In this document: piece after piece, positions 34,608-41,521 of the stretch
Position numbering within the stretch: position 1 is the stretch's first letter
Layout: each line of letters opens with the position of its first letter
Virus record (IMG/VR): IMGVR_UViG_3300012231_000020
Location: 1-41,521 of that record
Strand: one strand, 5' to 3'
Length of the DNA stretch: 41,521 nucleotides
Source of the DNA: a virus
Lineage: Duplodnaviria > Caudoviricetes
Program-made: the position numbers and the translations under genes
Notes under the pieces: generated by a model
What the model saw: the letters and a program-made list of their open reading frames with translations, nothing else
The model's database searches: none
Told to the model about the DNA's origin: nothing

Positions 34608-34835
34608 ATGCCAAAGCCCCTCGATGATATTCGTGCAGATCTGCAGACCTTAACCGGCGATAGTTTTTTCGTTGAGTGCCTGCGTCGCGCGGAGTACGAC
34701 CCAAACAAAATAGACCATATTGAGGAGGCGATCGCGCTGATCGTCGAGCAGGCCCAAGATAACAGGGCCGCAGTCGAGCGCCAGATCGGGGCCGACCTAC
34801 TCGAAAAAATTGAATATTATGTTATACATCGTTAA
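34608..34835 (+). CDS. Hypothetical protein (75 aa)
   Basis: Internal ATG (MPKPLDDIRADL...) of the listed 34521..34835 ORF; this start avoids overlap with the previous gene. Confidence 0.55.
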   Translation: MPKPLDDIRADLQTLTGDSFFVECLRRAEYDPNKIDHIEEAIALIVEQAQDNRAAVERQIGADLLEKIEYYVIHR

Positions 34836-34986
34836 ATTGATCGCGGCCTTTCAGCTCCTCTGGCTGTTCTGGCTCGTGATCTCAAAACTGTCAACTAATG
34901 GAAATCTGCATTTTGCTGGCGCTATTCGCGCTCTCACTCTGGGTCGTCAATTATTGGGAGGCCCTCGACAAAAAAAATCGTAAGCT

Positions 34987-35277
34987 ATGAAAGTACTATG
35001 TATCGAGGACCGCTGGCGTCATCTCCTCGGCAAAGTGCCCCCGATCTCGCCGGTCGTTAATCAGACCTATTTTGTGACTGATATCGCGAGCCATGACGGT
35101 TTTACTGTTTACGGGCTCGCGGGCCTCGGCAAAGGCCGGTATTTTGACTCTGCAGGCTTTCTGCCCTTGTCTGATATCGACGGGGTCGAGATCCTGCGAG
35201 CTGATCCAAAACTGCCCGAGGACTTTTGCAGCGATTACCTCGCGCGGGTCCGCAAACCTGACTATTTAATACTGTAA
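34987..35277 (+). CDS. Hypothetical protein
   Basis: 96 aa, last gene of the rightward operon. Confidence 0.6.
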   Translation: MKVLCIEDRWRHLLGKVPPISPVVNQTYFVTDIASHDGFTVYGLAGLGKGRYFDSAGFLPLSDIDGVEILRADPKLPEDFCSDYLARVRKPDYLIL

Positions 35278-35359
35278 ATTACTGGGCCGGCTCAGCTCTT
35301 AAAAAAGTTTAATAGGCTGTCGCTGCCAGAGGTGGGAGGCGACCCGATCGGGCCGGCCC

Positions 35360-35908
35360 TTATATCTCAAAGCTCTGCATAAACGTCTTATAGTACCCCG
35401 CGATCATCGCAGCGCGGTCGAGCCCGTTGATTATCTTTCGCGCGTTAATCTCATCGCTTTTCGTCTCATTAAAGTAAGTCGCCAGCTTAACGCCTGTAAA
35501 GTCGCCGTCGATCATACCCCGAAACAGGATATCGGTCGCAGTACCCAGCTCGAGGGCGAGATCAGGATCGAGGACCAGCCGGTCGTCGCCGTATATCTTT
35601 CGCGACATTTTAAGATAATTAGGATACCAGGTTAACTGCACAAAGCCCCGACCGTAGTAGATCTGGCCCGTGACTGGGTGAGTCGCGCCGTACTTGCGGT
35701 CCTTTCCCTTACCGTACTCTCTGATAGGCTGCATTGTCCTCGCTGTCTCGTGCCAGGTAGTCGCGAGCATATACGCAAGCCATCGCTGATCGGTCAGCTC
35801 GAGCTCGGCCCAGCGGTCGAGGATCGCGGTAAAGCCGTCGACCTGCGAGGCCTTGAGAGAGCCGCCAGCAAAGGCGCGGACCGCGTCAAAAAATACGGGC
35901 TTATTCAT
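35360..35908 (-). CDS. Endolysin, glycoside hydrolase family 19 (chitinase/lysozyme-like)
   Basis: LAYMLATTWHET, YYGRGFVQLT..NY and ARKIING motifs. Confidence 0.9.
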   Translation of the reverse strand: MNKPVFFDAVRAFAGGSLKASQVDGFTAILDRWAELELTDQRWLAYMLATTWHETARTMQPIREYGKGKDRKYGATHPVTGQIYYGRGFVQLTWYPNYLKMSRKIYGDDRLVLDPDLALELGTATDILFRGMIDGDFTGVKLATYFNETKSDEINARKIINGLDRAAMIAGYYKTFMQSFEI

Positions 35909-36240
35909 AATAAGTAAAATATTATCGAAAGGGTTAGTAAAATATATTTTAAAATTCGGGGTAATTTGGCGAGGTACCGGTCAATTATTGACGTCGTCCC
36001 GAGAAACTCCCAGCGCTGACCGATCAGCAAATTATAAAAGCCGTTAAAGAGGATCAGGTATAAGAAAAAGATCAGGGGCACCGAGCGCCAGCCGAGCCAG
36101 TACACGCAGGGCGCGAGCCCGATACAGCGCAGGATTGTACCCCGAAACTTATCAGGCTGAGCCCCCTCACGATACAGCCAGACGTCAGTTATAAGATCGA
36201 CGGCCAAGACCAGCACAAAAAGCAGGACCGAGTATATCAT
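35905..36240 (-). CDS. Membrane protein (lysis module)
   Basis: Several hydrophobic segments; lies just upstream of the endolysin. Confidence 0.6.
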   Translation of the reverse strand: MIYSVLLFVLVLAVDLITDVWLYREGAQPDKFRGTILRCIGLAPCVYWLGWRSVPLIFFLYLILFNGFYNLLIGQRWEFLGTTSIIDRYLAKLPRILKYILLTLSIIFYLL

Positions 36241-36431
36241 CTCTTTTTATTTCCGAGCTTGTTAGCCTTATAAAAAGAGTAACCGGCGACTGACGCCAAA
36301 GCGATACCGATCACAATAAAGAGCCAGCCGATCTTATGCTTATCAGCAAAAGCGCTGTTCGTATTGATCAGCAATAAAAAGCCGGCAAAAGCCGTCAGGG
36401 TCATTAGTGTAAACCATTTTTTAACTGTCAT
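36237..36431 (-). CDS. Small two-TM membrane protein (holin-like)
   Basis: Likely start MTVKKWF (ATGA overlap at 36428-36431), two TM helices and a basic C-terminus. Confidence 0.55.
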   Translation of the reverse strand: MTVKKWFTLMTLTAFAGFLLLINTNSAFADKHKIGWLFIVIGIALASVAGYSFYKANKLGNKKR

Positions 36432-36946
36432 ATAATTGATTTGATTTTTTGCCAGTAATGCCTCACTAAAAAGCCGGCGAGCAATAAGAGCCAGATCCAA
36501 AAAGGCAAAGCGGTTTTTGTTATCTCTTTCGTGATCGTGTTAACTTTTTTCGAGAGCTGCGCGTCCTTGCGGTCGAGCTCGATCACGAGCGAGTCGATCG
36601 TCCCGTGCGCGTCAAGCAGCTCAGCGGTCCGCTCTTGCTCGCTCAGCGTGACAGATCTCAGCCGGCCCTCGACGCTTTTAATACGACCGTTATCATGAAA
36701 GACGACCCTCGCAGGCTCGCGGACCGTGTCGCCTGGCAGATAGGTCGTATCAAATATGACTCCTGTACTGGCCCAGCTCTCGCGCTCGGCCTCGTACCGG
36801 TCGACTGTCTCTTTGAGCGTGCGCTCGAGCCTTTCGTTACGCTCGACGACGCTGCTATCAACGACGACTTTCTCCTTAACGATCTCGCGTGTCGTCCTGC
36901 AGCTCACGAGGGCCAAGACCGCGAGCCCTATAAATAGTTTATTCAT
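36428..36946 (-). CDS. Unimolecular spanin-like lipoprotein
   Basis: N-terminal lipobox LALVS|C plus C-terminal TM segment LPFWIWLLLLAGFLV. Confidence 0.7.
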   Translation of the reverse strand: MNKLFIGLAVLALVSCRTTREIVKEKVVVDSSVVERNERLERTLKETVDRYEAERESWASTGVIFDTTYLPGDTVREPARVVFHDNGRIKSVEGRLRSVTLSEQERTAELLDAHGTIDSLVIELDRKDAQLSKKVNTITKEITKTALPFWIWLLLLAGFLVRHYWQKIKSII

Positions 36947-37346
36947 CGGCTATCTTTTTAGCTGCGACCTCCTCGACGACCTCCTGCTCTCTCAAAAATT
37001 TCTCTCCTTTCCTGATCAGGATAAAGCCGAGGCCCTGGCCGATGATACCCAAAAAGACGCTGTAAAGTCTGAGCCGGTCGAGCACCCCGTCGACGATCAT
37101 CGCGTACTTTGTGCCTGCAGCCCGCCCGCTCTCAGCGAGGGCGAGGGTATCAGGTAAAACAAACATAGCGATCAGTACGACGATAAAGCCGACGAGCATC
37201 GGCCCCGTGTGCTTAGTTGTATAGACTCTGAAAGCCCCGACAAAGCCGAGGGTATACTTTGAGCCGCGTTGAACGTATACGCTTTTGACGGTCGTCAATA
37301 ATAGCATACCGAGGACCGAGCCGAAAAAAATTATCAAATAATTCAT
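36939..37346 (-). CDS. Putative holin (three TM helices)
   Basis: Three hydrophobic segments and a charged C-terminal tail, within the lysis cluster. Confidence 0.6.
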   Translation of the reverse strand: MNYLIIFFGSVLGMLLLTTVKSVYVQRGSKYTLGFVGAFRVYTTKHTGPMLVGFIVVLIAMFVLPDTLALAESGRAAGTKYAMIVDGVLDRLRLYSVFLGIIGQGLGFILIRKGEKFLREQEVVEEVAAKKIADE

Positions 37347-37435
37347 AGTACAAATTTTTATAGTATATTGTGGTCAATCATAGCTTTGGATTTAACCAAG
37401 TACTTTAAGCCCGACGTCTTTACGTGAGGGCTTTT

Positions 37436-37693
37436 TTATTTCTCCCTGTCTTTCTTATTTGCCAGCTCGACCTCGATCCTCCTCACTCCAGCTAAAAGGC
37501 TGTCGATTTTTTCGCCTAAAATTGCGACGTTCTGCTTTTCGTTCTGCATCTGTATCTCGAGTACCTTGAGCCGCGTCATTACCTCAGTTCTGAAATTGAC
37601 CCAAGCGATGACAAAGCCGATAGTCTGGGCCGCTAAAAATAAGATAATGGGTAAAATATAGTTATGTATCATACCGACCGCTTGATTATCCAT
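37436..37693 (-). CDS. Single-TM coiled-coil protein (holin/hemolysin-like)
   Basis: N-terminal TM segment followed by a coiled coil. Confidence 0.55.
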   Translation of the reverse strand: MDNQAVGMIHNYILPIILFLAAQTIGFVIAWVNFRTEVMTRLKVLEIQMQNEKQNVAILGEKIDSLLAGVRRIEVELANKKDREK

Positions 37694-37714
37694 GCCTTAA
37701 AAATAGCCTTTTTA

Positions 37715-39478
37715 TTAATCAAAATCGCCTGTCGTCCCGTCGCTGTAAACAACCTCGTGCCGTACTGCGACGACTGTCCTCGGTACCGGCTCGACGGCCT
37801 TAACCGTGATCTTAACCGTATCGCTCGCCGTCGCGCCCTTATCGTCGGTGACGGTGAGCCTGTACTCGCTCACGCCCTGCGCGAGGCCCGTGATCTGAGT
37901 ACTCGCTGCGTTAGCGTTAGCAATCGTACCCGAGCCGCTCACTTTTGCCCAGAGGTATGATATAATCGTCCCGTCGGTATCTGTGCCAGAGCCGACGAGC
38001 TGGGCGCTATTGACGGGCAGCGTGATCTCGATATCGCCCCCAGCGTTGGCAGTCGGGCCCTGGTTAACCGGTGGCTGTATCTGCCCGACCGTGATCGAGC
38101 CCAGCGAATAAACATTTTGAGCCGTGCCTCCCGTGATCGCAAGAGCCATATTTGCCCGCGCGCCTGCAGGATCTTTGACGGTAAAGGTTAGCGCGTAAGT
38201 CCCAGCGGGCACGCCAGCGAGCGGGAAAGTATCGACGACCTCGAGAGGAGTCGCTGAGGGCTGATAAAATTTAAGTTTGTGTTTCGACACGGCCTTAAAG
38301 GTCGTACCGGTCAGCGCAAACTCGATCGCCCAGTCCTGCCAGCAATTACCGTTGCCGATATTTTGCCAGTTCATCGCGATCGTCAGCCCCGAGGAGTTGA
38401 CGGTCGTTACTGCGTTGATAACTTTGAAGCGGTACCCGCAAATCTTTGAGGCCGCTCTGACGCGCCCCTTTATCGTGCTATTCGGTACGACCCCGTAGTT
38501 ACCGTTACCGAAAGAGGTCGCGCGGTATAGCTTGATCTGGCGCTCGAGATCATAATAGTCGCCAGGGTTCCAGGCTGGCGGCTCGCCCGTGATCGGCGCG
38601 GCCTCCCAGACTTTCATTATCAGACTATTTAACGGCACCCCGTTAAAGGTCCGAGTATTGTTGACGAGGTACGCCTCGAGATAAGAGTCAGTCGCGCCCC
38701 ACTGATCGCGACGCCAGCCCAGCGGGCCCCAGGCGTTACGAGTTGTCAGTAAATAGTACGCGATCTCTGGGTCGTTCCAAGTATTATTTAGGTAATGAGC
38801 GTCAAAGCCTGCGATCATCGCGACCAGCGGAAAGTTAGGAAAGCCAGCGGTATGAGCGTCGACGATCTTTTTCAGACTCGCGACGGTCGGGAAAGTGCCC
38901 GCAGGGTAGTCGCTGACGTTATTATTCGGAGTATAGGCGCTGTGCCACTCGCCCCAGGCCCCGTACATTCGGACATCAATAATACCGATATGTTTTTGCC
39001 AGTTGTTCTGGTATATCCGTGCATTCATCGCCTGATACAGCGCGAGCACTCGCTCAGCGTAAAAGGGGTCATTGTAGTTAGGTGTCCACGTCTGGCCGGT
39101 TTTCCAGTCCTTTACCGTTTCGGCCTGCATCTTATTATGAATGTATTCAGGATAGCAGCCCCAGCCGTTTCCGTAAGACTGCCCGCCGGCCTCCTGTTCG
39201 TTACCAGGGCAAACAGACATTACCCCGAAAGAGAGCGTCTGCTTTCTCTGGATCGCTCCGGTGACCAGACTATCGAAATAAGACCAATCGTACGAGCCCA
39301 GAGTACGGCCCTCGATCTTAGTCCATACAAAACGATAATAGCAGTCGTGTCTCGGAGTGTTCACGCCCTCTGTCGGGACGTTAACCTCGTTTGCGTTATG
39401 CCATTGCTCGACCGCGCGGCCAGGATTATTGAGATCTGCAGCGCTCGCCGGTATCTCGTTGAAAATAATATTTGCCAT
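37715..39478 (-). CDS. Glycoside hydrolase-like TIM-barrel (DUF4832-type) with C-terminal PKD domain
   Basis: YYRFVW..IE...G.YDWSYFD, YGAWGEWH, PITGEP and GYRF motifs; PKD-like NQGPTANAGGD..ITLP...SYLW...YRLTVTDDKGA. Confidence 0.75.
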   Translation of the reverse strand: MANIIFNEIPASAADLNNPGRAVEQWHNANEVNVPTEGVNTPRHDCYYRFVWTKIEGRTLGSYDWSYFDSLVTGAIQRKQTLSFGVMSVCPGNEQEAGGQSYGNGWGCYPEYIHNKMQAETVKDWKTGQTWTPNYNDPFYAERVLALYQAMNARIYQNNWQKHIGIIDVRMYGAWGEWHSAYTPNNNVSDYPAGTFPTVASLKKIVDAHTAGFPNFPLVAMIAGFDAHYLNNTWNDPEIAYYLLTTRNAWGPLGWRRDQWGATDSYLEAYLVNNTRTFNGVPLNSLIMKVWEAAPITGEPPAWNPGDYYDLERQIKLYRATSFGNGNYGVVPNSTIKGRVRAASKICGYRFKVINAVTTVNSSGLTIAMNWQNIGNGNCWQDWAIEFALTGTTFKAVSKHKLKFYQPSATPLEVVDTFPLAGVPAGTYALTFTVKDPAGARANMALAITGGTAQNVYSLGSITVGQIQPPVNQGPTANAGGDIEITLPVNSAQLVGSGTDTDGTIISYLWAKVSGSGTIANANAASTQITGLAQGVSEYRLTVTDDKGATASDTVKITVKAVEPVPRTVVAVRHEVVYSDGTTGDFD

Positions 39479-39491
39479 ATAGTTATAAAAT

Positions 39492-39878
39492 TTAGTATCT
39501 AAACCAGCGATTTGCCTCAGCGTTGTAAATATACCAGACGACGGCCCCAGCGGCCAAAGTCGTGACCGGTGCCGTGATCGGTATACCCCCGACCTGCAAA
39601 AAGTTTAAGCTCGTGATCGCGGAGCGTGTTGTAAAGCCGATTAGCTGCGTGTCCGCTGGCGTAGCCGGAAAGGGTATATTAAGCTGGGCGATCGTCGCAG
39701 CGAGATCGACGACGACGAGAAAGTCCTGCTTTACCGCGATCAGGTTATAAGTCGACCCCGTGACCGGCGTGATCCTCTGGGTAAGCAGGACGTCAAAATT
39801 CTTATTTGAGCCCTCAAACGAATTTACCCCGACGAAAATAGTGACGAGGATCAGCAGCTTTATAAGTAAGTTTTTCAT
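39492..39878 (-). CDS. Signal-peptide-bearing beta-rich hypothetical protein
   Basis: MKNLLIKLLILVTIFVGVNS hydrophobic N-terminus; the C-terminal WYIYNAEANRWFRY resembles fibre-tip modules. Confidence 0.65.
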   Translation of the reverse strand: MKNLLIKLLILVTIFVGVNSFEGSNKNFDVLLTQRITPVTGSTYNLIAVKQDFLVVVDLAATIAQLNIPFPATPADTQLIGFTTRSAITSLNFLQVGGIPITAPVTTLAAGAVVWYIYNAEANRWFRY

Positions 39879-39879
39879 A

Positions 39880-41400
39880 TTAGTCTCTTGATGTTGTTAG
39901 GTAGTGCCATGTTTTTGAGTAGTCGATCAAGCAGGTGACAGGCGTCGATCCTGCGCTCTTTACAAATTGTATCATCGGACTGAGCAGGACGGTCGGCATA
40001 GTTGCGGCCTGCGTGCCTATGCTCGTACCGTTGACCCAAAATTCGGAGGTACCCCCAGCGCCAGGGCAGTATACCTCGAGTATCAGCGCCCCAGTCGCGA
40101 CCGGCGTCGAGCTGGCTGTCTCGGTCCGCGTACCGGCCCCAGCCGCTTGCGTATACCGCCAATTTACCGAGCTCAGCCTGTCATATTCAATATATACCCC
40201 GTTATTCGGCTCGGTGCCCGCAGTCATATCAGTAAAGCCGACCCTCAGCGCAAACTCCTCGGCGACCGTTGAGAGCTGCGTGAGGTTAATTTTTACTTTC
40301 ATGTAAGCGCTCCCGAGATCCATATCGACCCAGCCGCCAAAAAGACCGTTTGATCCTGCGTAAAATACTACTCGACCCGTTGTACTGGCGAGGGTCGACA
40401 TTAAGACCCCGTAAGCCGCTGGCACCGCTGAGCCCGTCGCAGTATAAACGTACTGCCCGAGTATAGTGTTAGCGGCTCCGATAGCGCTAAACTCATTAAA
40501 ATCGAATTGCAAGCGCTCTGGCGCTAAGTTTACGTAGTTCCATTTGCTATTGACAAAATAATACCGGCCAGGAGGCGCGTCGCGACCCCCGTCAGTCTGG
40601 AAAAAATCGTACCCGTCCGCGCCCGTGATCGCGGTCCTCTGGGCGAAAGTCCCGACAAGATGATCGCCGGCTCTCACGTCGGCCAGCGTCGCCAGCGTGT
40701 CTGCAAGAGCGTTAACCAATACCCGACCGCTCGATCTTACGCTGAGCTTACTCGTCGGGGCCGCGCCTGCGGTCGCGAGTAATACGTCGAATTGTGCGTC
40801 CTCACTGCCTGCGGTCGCGTCAGTCCATCGAGCCCCGACCTCCGCAGCCGTGACGCTCGAGCTGCTCGCGTTGTCTATGTTATACTCGTGATAAATGCCG
40901 CTATTTGCTGCGCCCGTTATACCGTCACGGGTGTATATACCGTACCGCTGCCAGGGCGTCGCGCTCGCGTTAGTGTTAACAATATTAAATAGTGTGCCCG
41001 TGCTCGTGTGCGTTATAAGATTGCCGGCATGGTCAATCGTTCGCCCTGTCGTCAAAGCCTGACCGACCGCGAGGACGTCGTCGATACCGTCACCCCCGCC
41101 CCCGACTCCGAGCAGGTCGGCTCTGATCCTCTGCAGGGTGCCGTCAGTCCTGCGCCGGAGGACGACGTCCATACCGGTTGTGTCGGTCTGCTCTCGGACT
41201 GTGTTAAGCGTTACGCTATCGTTTAAGACGCTGTTAAACTCATTTCTAAATTGCTCCCGTATACCGGTATATCCGCCCCCGAGAGAAAGGCCGTTGGCAA
41301 AGTAGTTATAGGCGGTCGGTTGATCTTCGAAAAATGCGAAAATACTATCGCCGTAAAGGAATGAAGGTGCAAACGCATACATTTTAAGTACTTTATTTGG
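39880..41400 (-). CDS. 3' part of the 821-aa junction-spanning protein (starts at 947)
   Basis: The frame stays open upstream of the listed ATG at 41382 through the terminal repeat; the C-terminus is beta-sandwich/lectin-like. Confidence 0.85.
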   Translation of the reverse strand, partial: PNKVLKMYAFAPSFLYGDSIFAFFEDQPTAYNYFANGLSLGGGYTGIREQFRNEFNSVLNDSVTLNTVREQTDTTGMDVVLRRRTDGTLQRIRADLLGVGGGGDGIDDVLAVGQALTTGRTIDHAGNLITHTSTGTLFNIVNTNASATPWQRYGIYTRDGITGAANSGIYHEYNIDNASSSSVTAAEVGARWTDATAGSEDAQFDVLLATAGAAPTSKLSVRSSGRVLVNALADTLATLADVRAGDHLVGTFAQRTAITGADGYDFFQTDGGRDAPPGRYYFVNSKWNYVNLAPERLQFDFNEFSAIGAANTILGQYVYTATGSAVPAAYGVLMSTLASTTGRVVFYAGSNGLFGGWVDMDLGSAYMKVKINLTQLSTVAEEFALRVGFTDMTAGTEPNNGVYIEYDRLSSVNWRYTQAAGAGTRTETASSTPVATGALILEVYCPGAGGTSEFWVNGTSIGTQAATMPTVLLSPMIQFVKSAGSTPVTCLIDYSKTWHYLTTSRD

Positions 41401-41521
41401 CGCTCCAATATTTATTGACGTATTGAAATGAATAAAATTTTCTATTGTGTCGTTGGTCGTTGAACTACCATTTAGTTTTGACGTAAACCCGCTTAACGTG
41501 CCACGTACTAAAATGTGTTTA
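41399..41521. repeat. Terminal direct repeat, copy 2
   Basis: Identical to 1-123. Confidence 0.95.

Noticed and set aside
35284-35359. GC-rich inverted repeat between convergent operons as a novel ncRNA
   Set aside because: A 10-bp outer stem is possible, but there is no second copy or promoter, and a transcript-end structure explains it adequately.
1-41521. Stop-codon recoding, DGR, tRNA genes, integrase
   Set aside because: Genes are intact in the standard code and TAG is used as a stop (e.g. 23289, 28123, 31270). No reverse transcriptase, TR/VR pair, cloverleaf or recombinase motif was seen by eye.

Overview
The window looks like a complete, circularly assembled tailed phage genome (Caudoviricetes, probably a siphovirus) of 41,398 bp, since bases 1-123 are repeated exactly at 41399-41521. 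The host is very likely Bacteroidota: several promoters match TTTG-N19-21-TAnnTTTG, start contexts are A-rich without Shine-Dalgarno motifs, and there are MKK-type signal peptides. Almost all genes are on the minus strand. The modules are replication (DUF2800 nuclease, DUF2815 SSB, family A DNA polymerase, a frameshifted C5-MTase-like gene, VapE primase-helicase, iteron origin, VRR-NUC, SNF2), packaging (TerS and TerL separated by a glycosyltransferase/sugar-methyltransferase cassette), HK97-like head, tail, a glycoside hydrolase-PKD protein, and lysis (holins, u-spanin-like protein, GH19 endolysin). No integrase was recognised. Highlights: (1) an 821-aa tail-region protein spanning the assembly junction, missed by the ORF track, with a Sec signal peptide and many Bacteroidota O-glycosylation sequons; (2) a phage glycan-building cassette; (3) two leader RNAs sharing a kissing-loop/terminator architecture but not sequence; (4) a GTAAC-N6-GTTAC operator in six promoters; (5) an HNH element inserted at the SNF2 Walker A motif that supplies a replacement N-terminus; (6) a methyltransferase disrupted by a 5-bp duplication; (7) apparent enrichment of 4-6 bp palindromes. 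All calls come from reading motifs by eye; no database searches were run.
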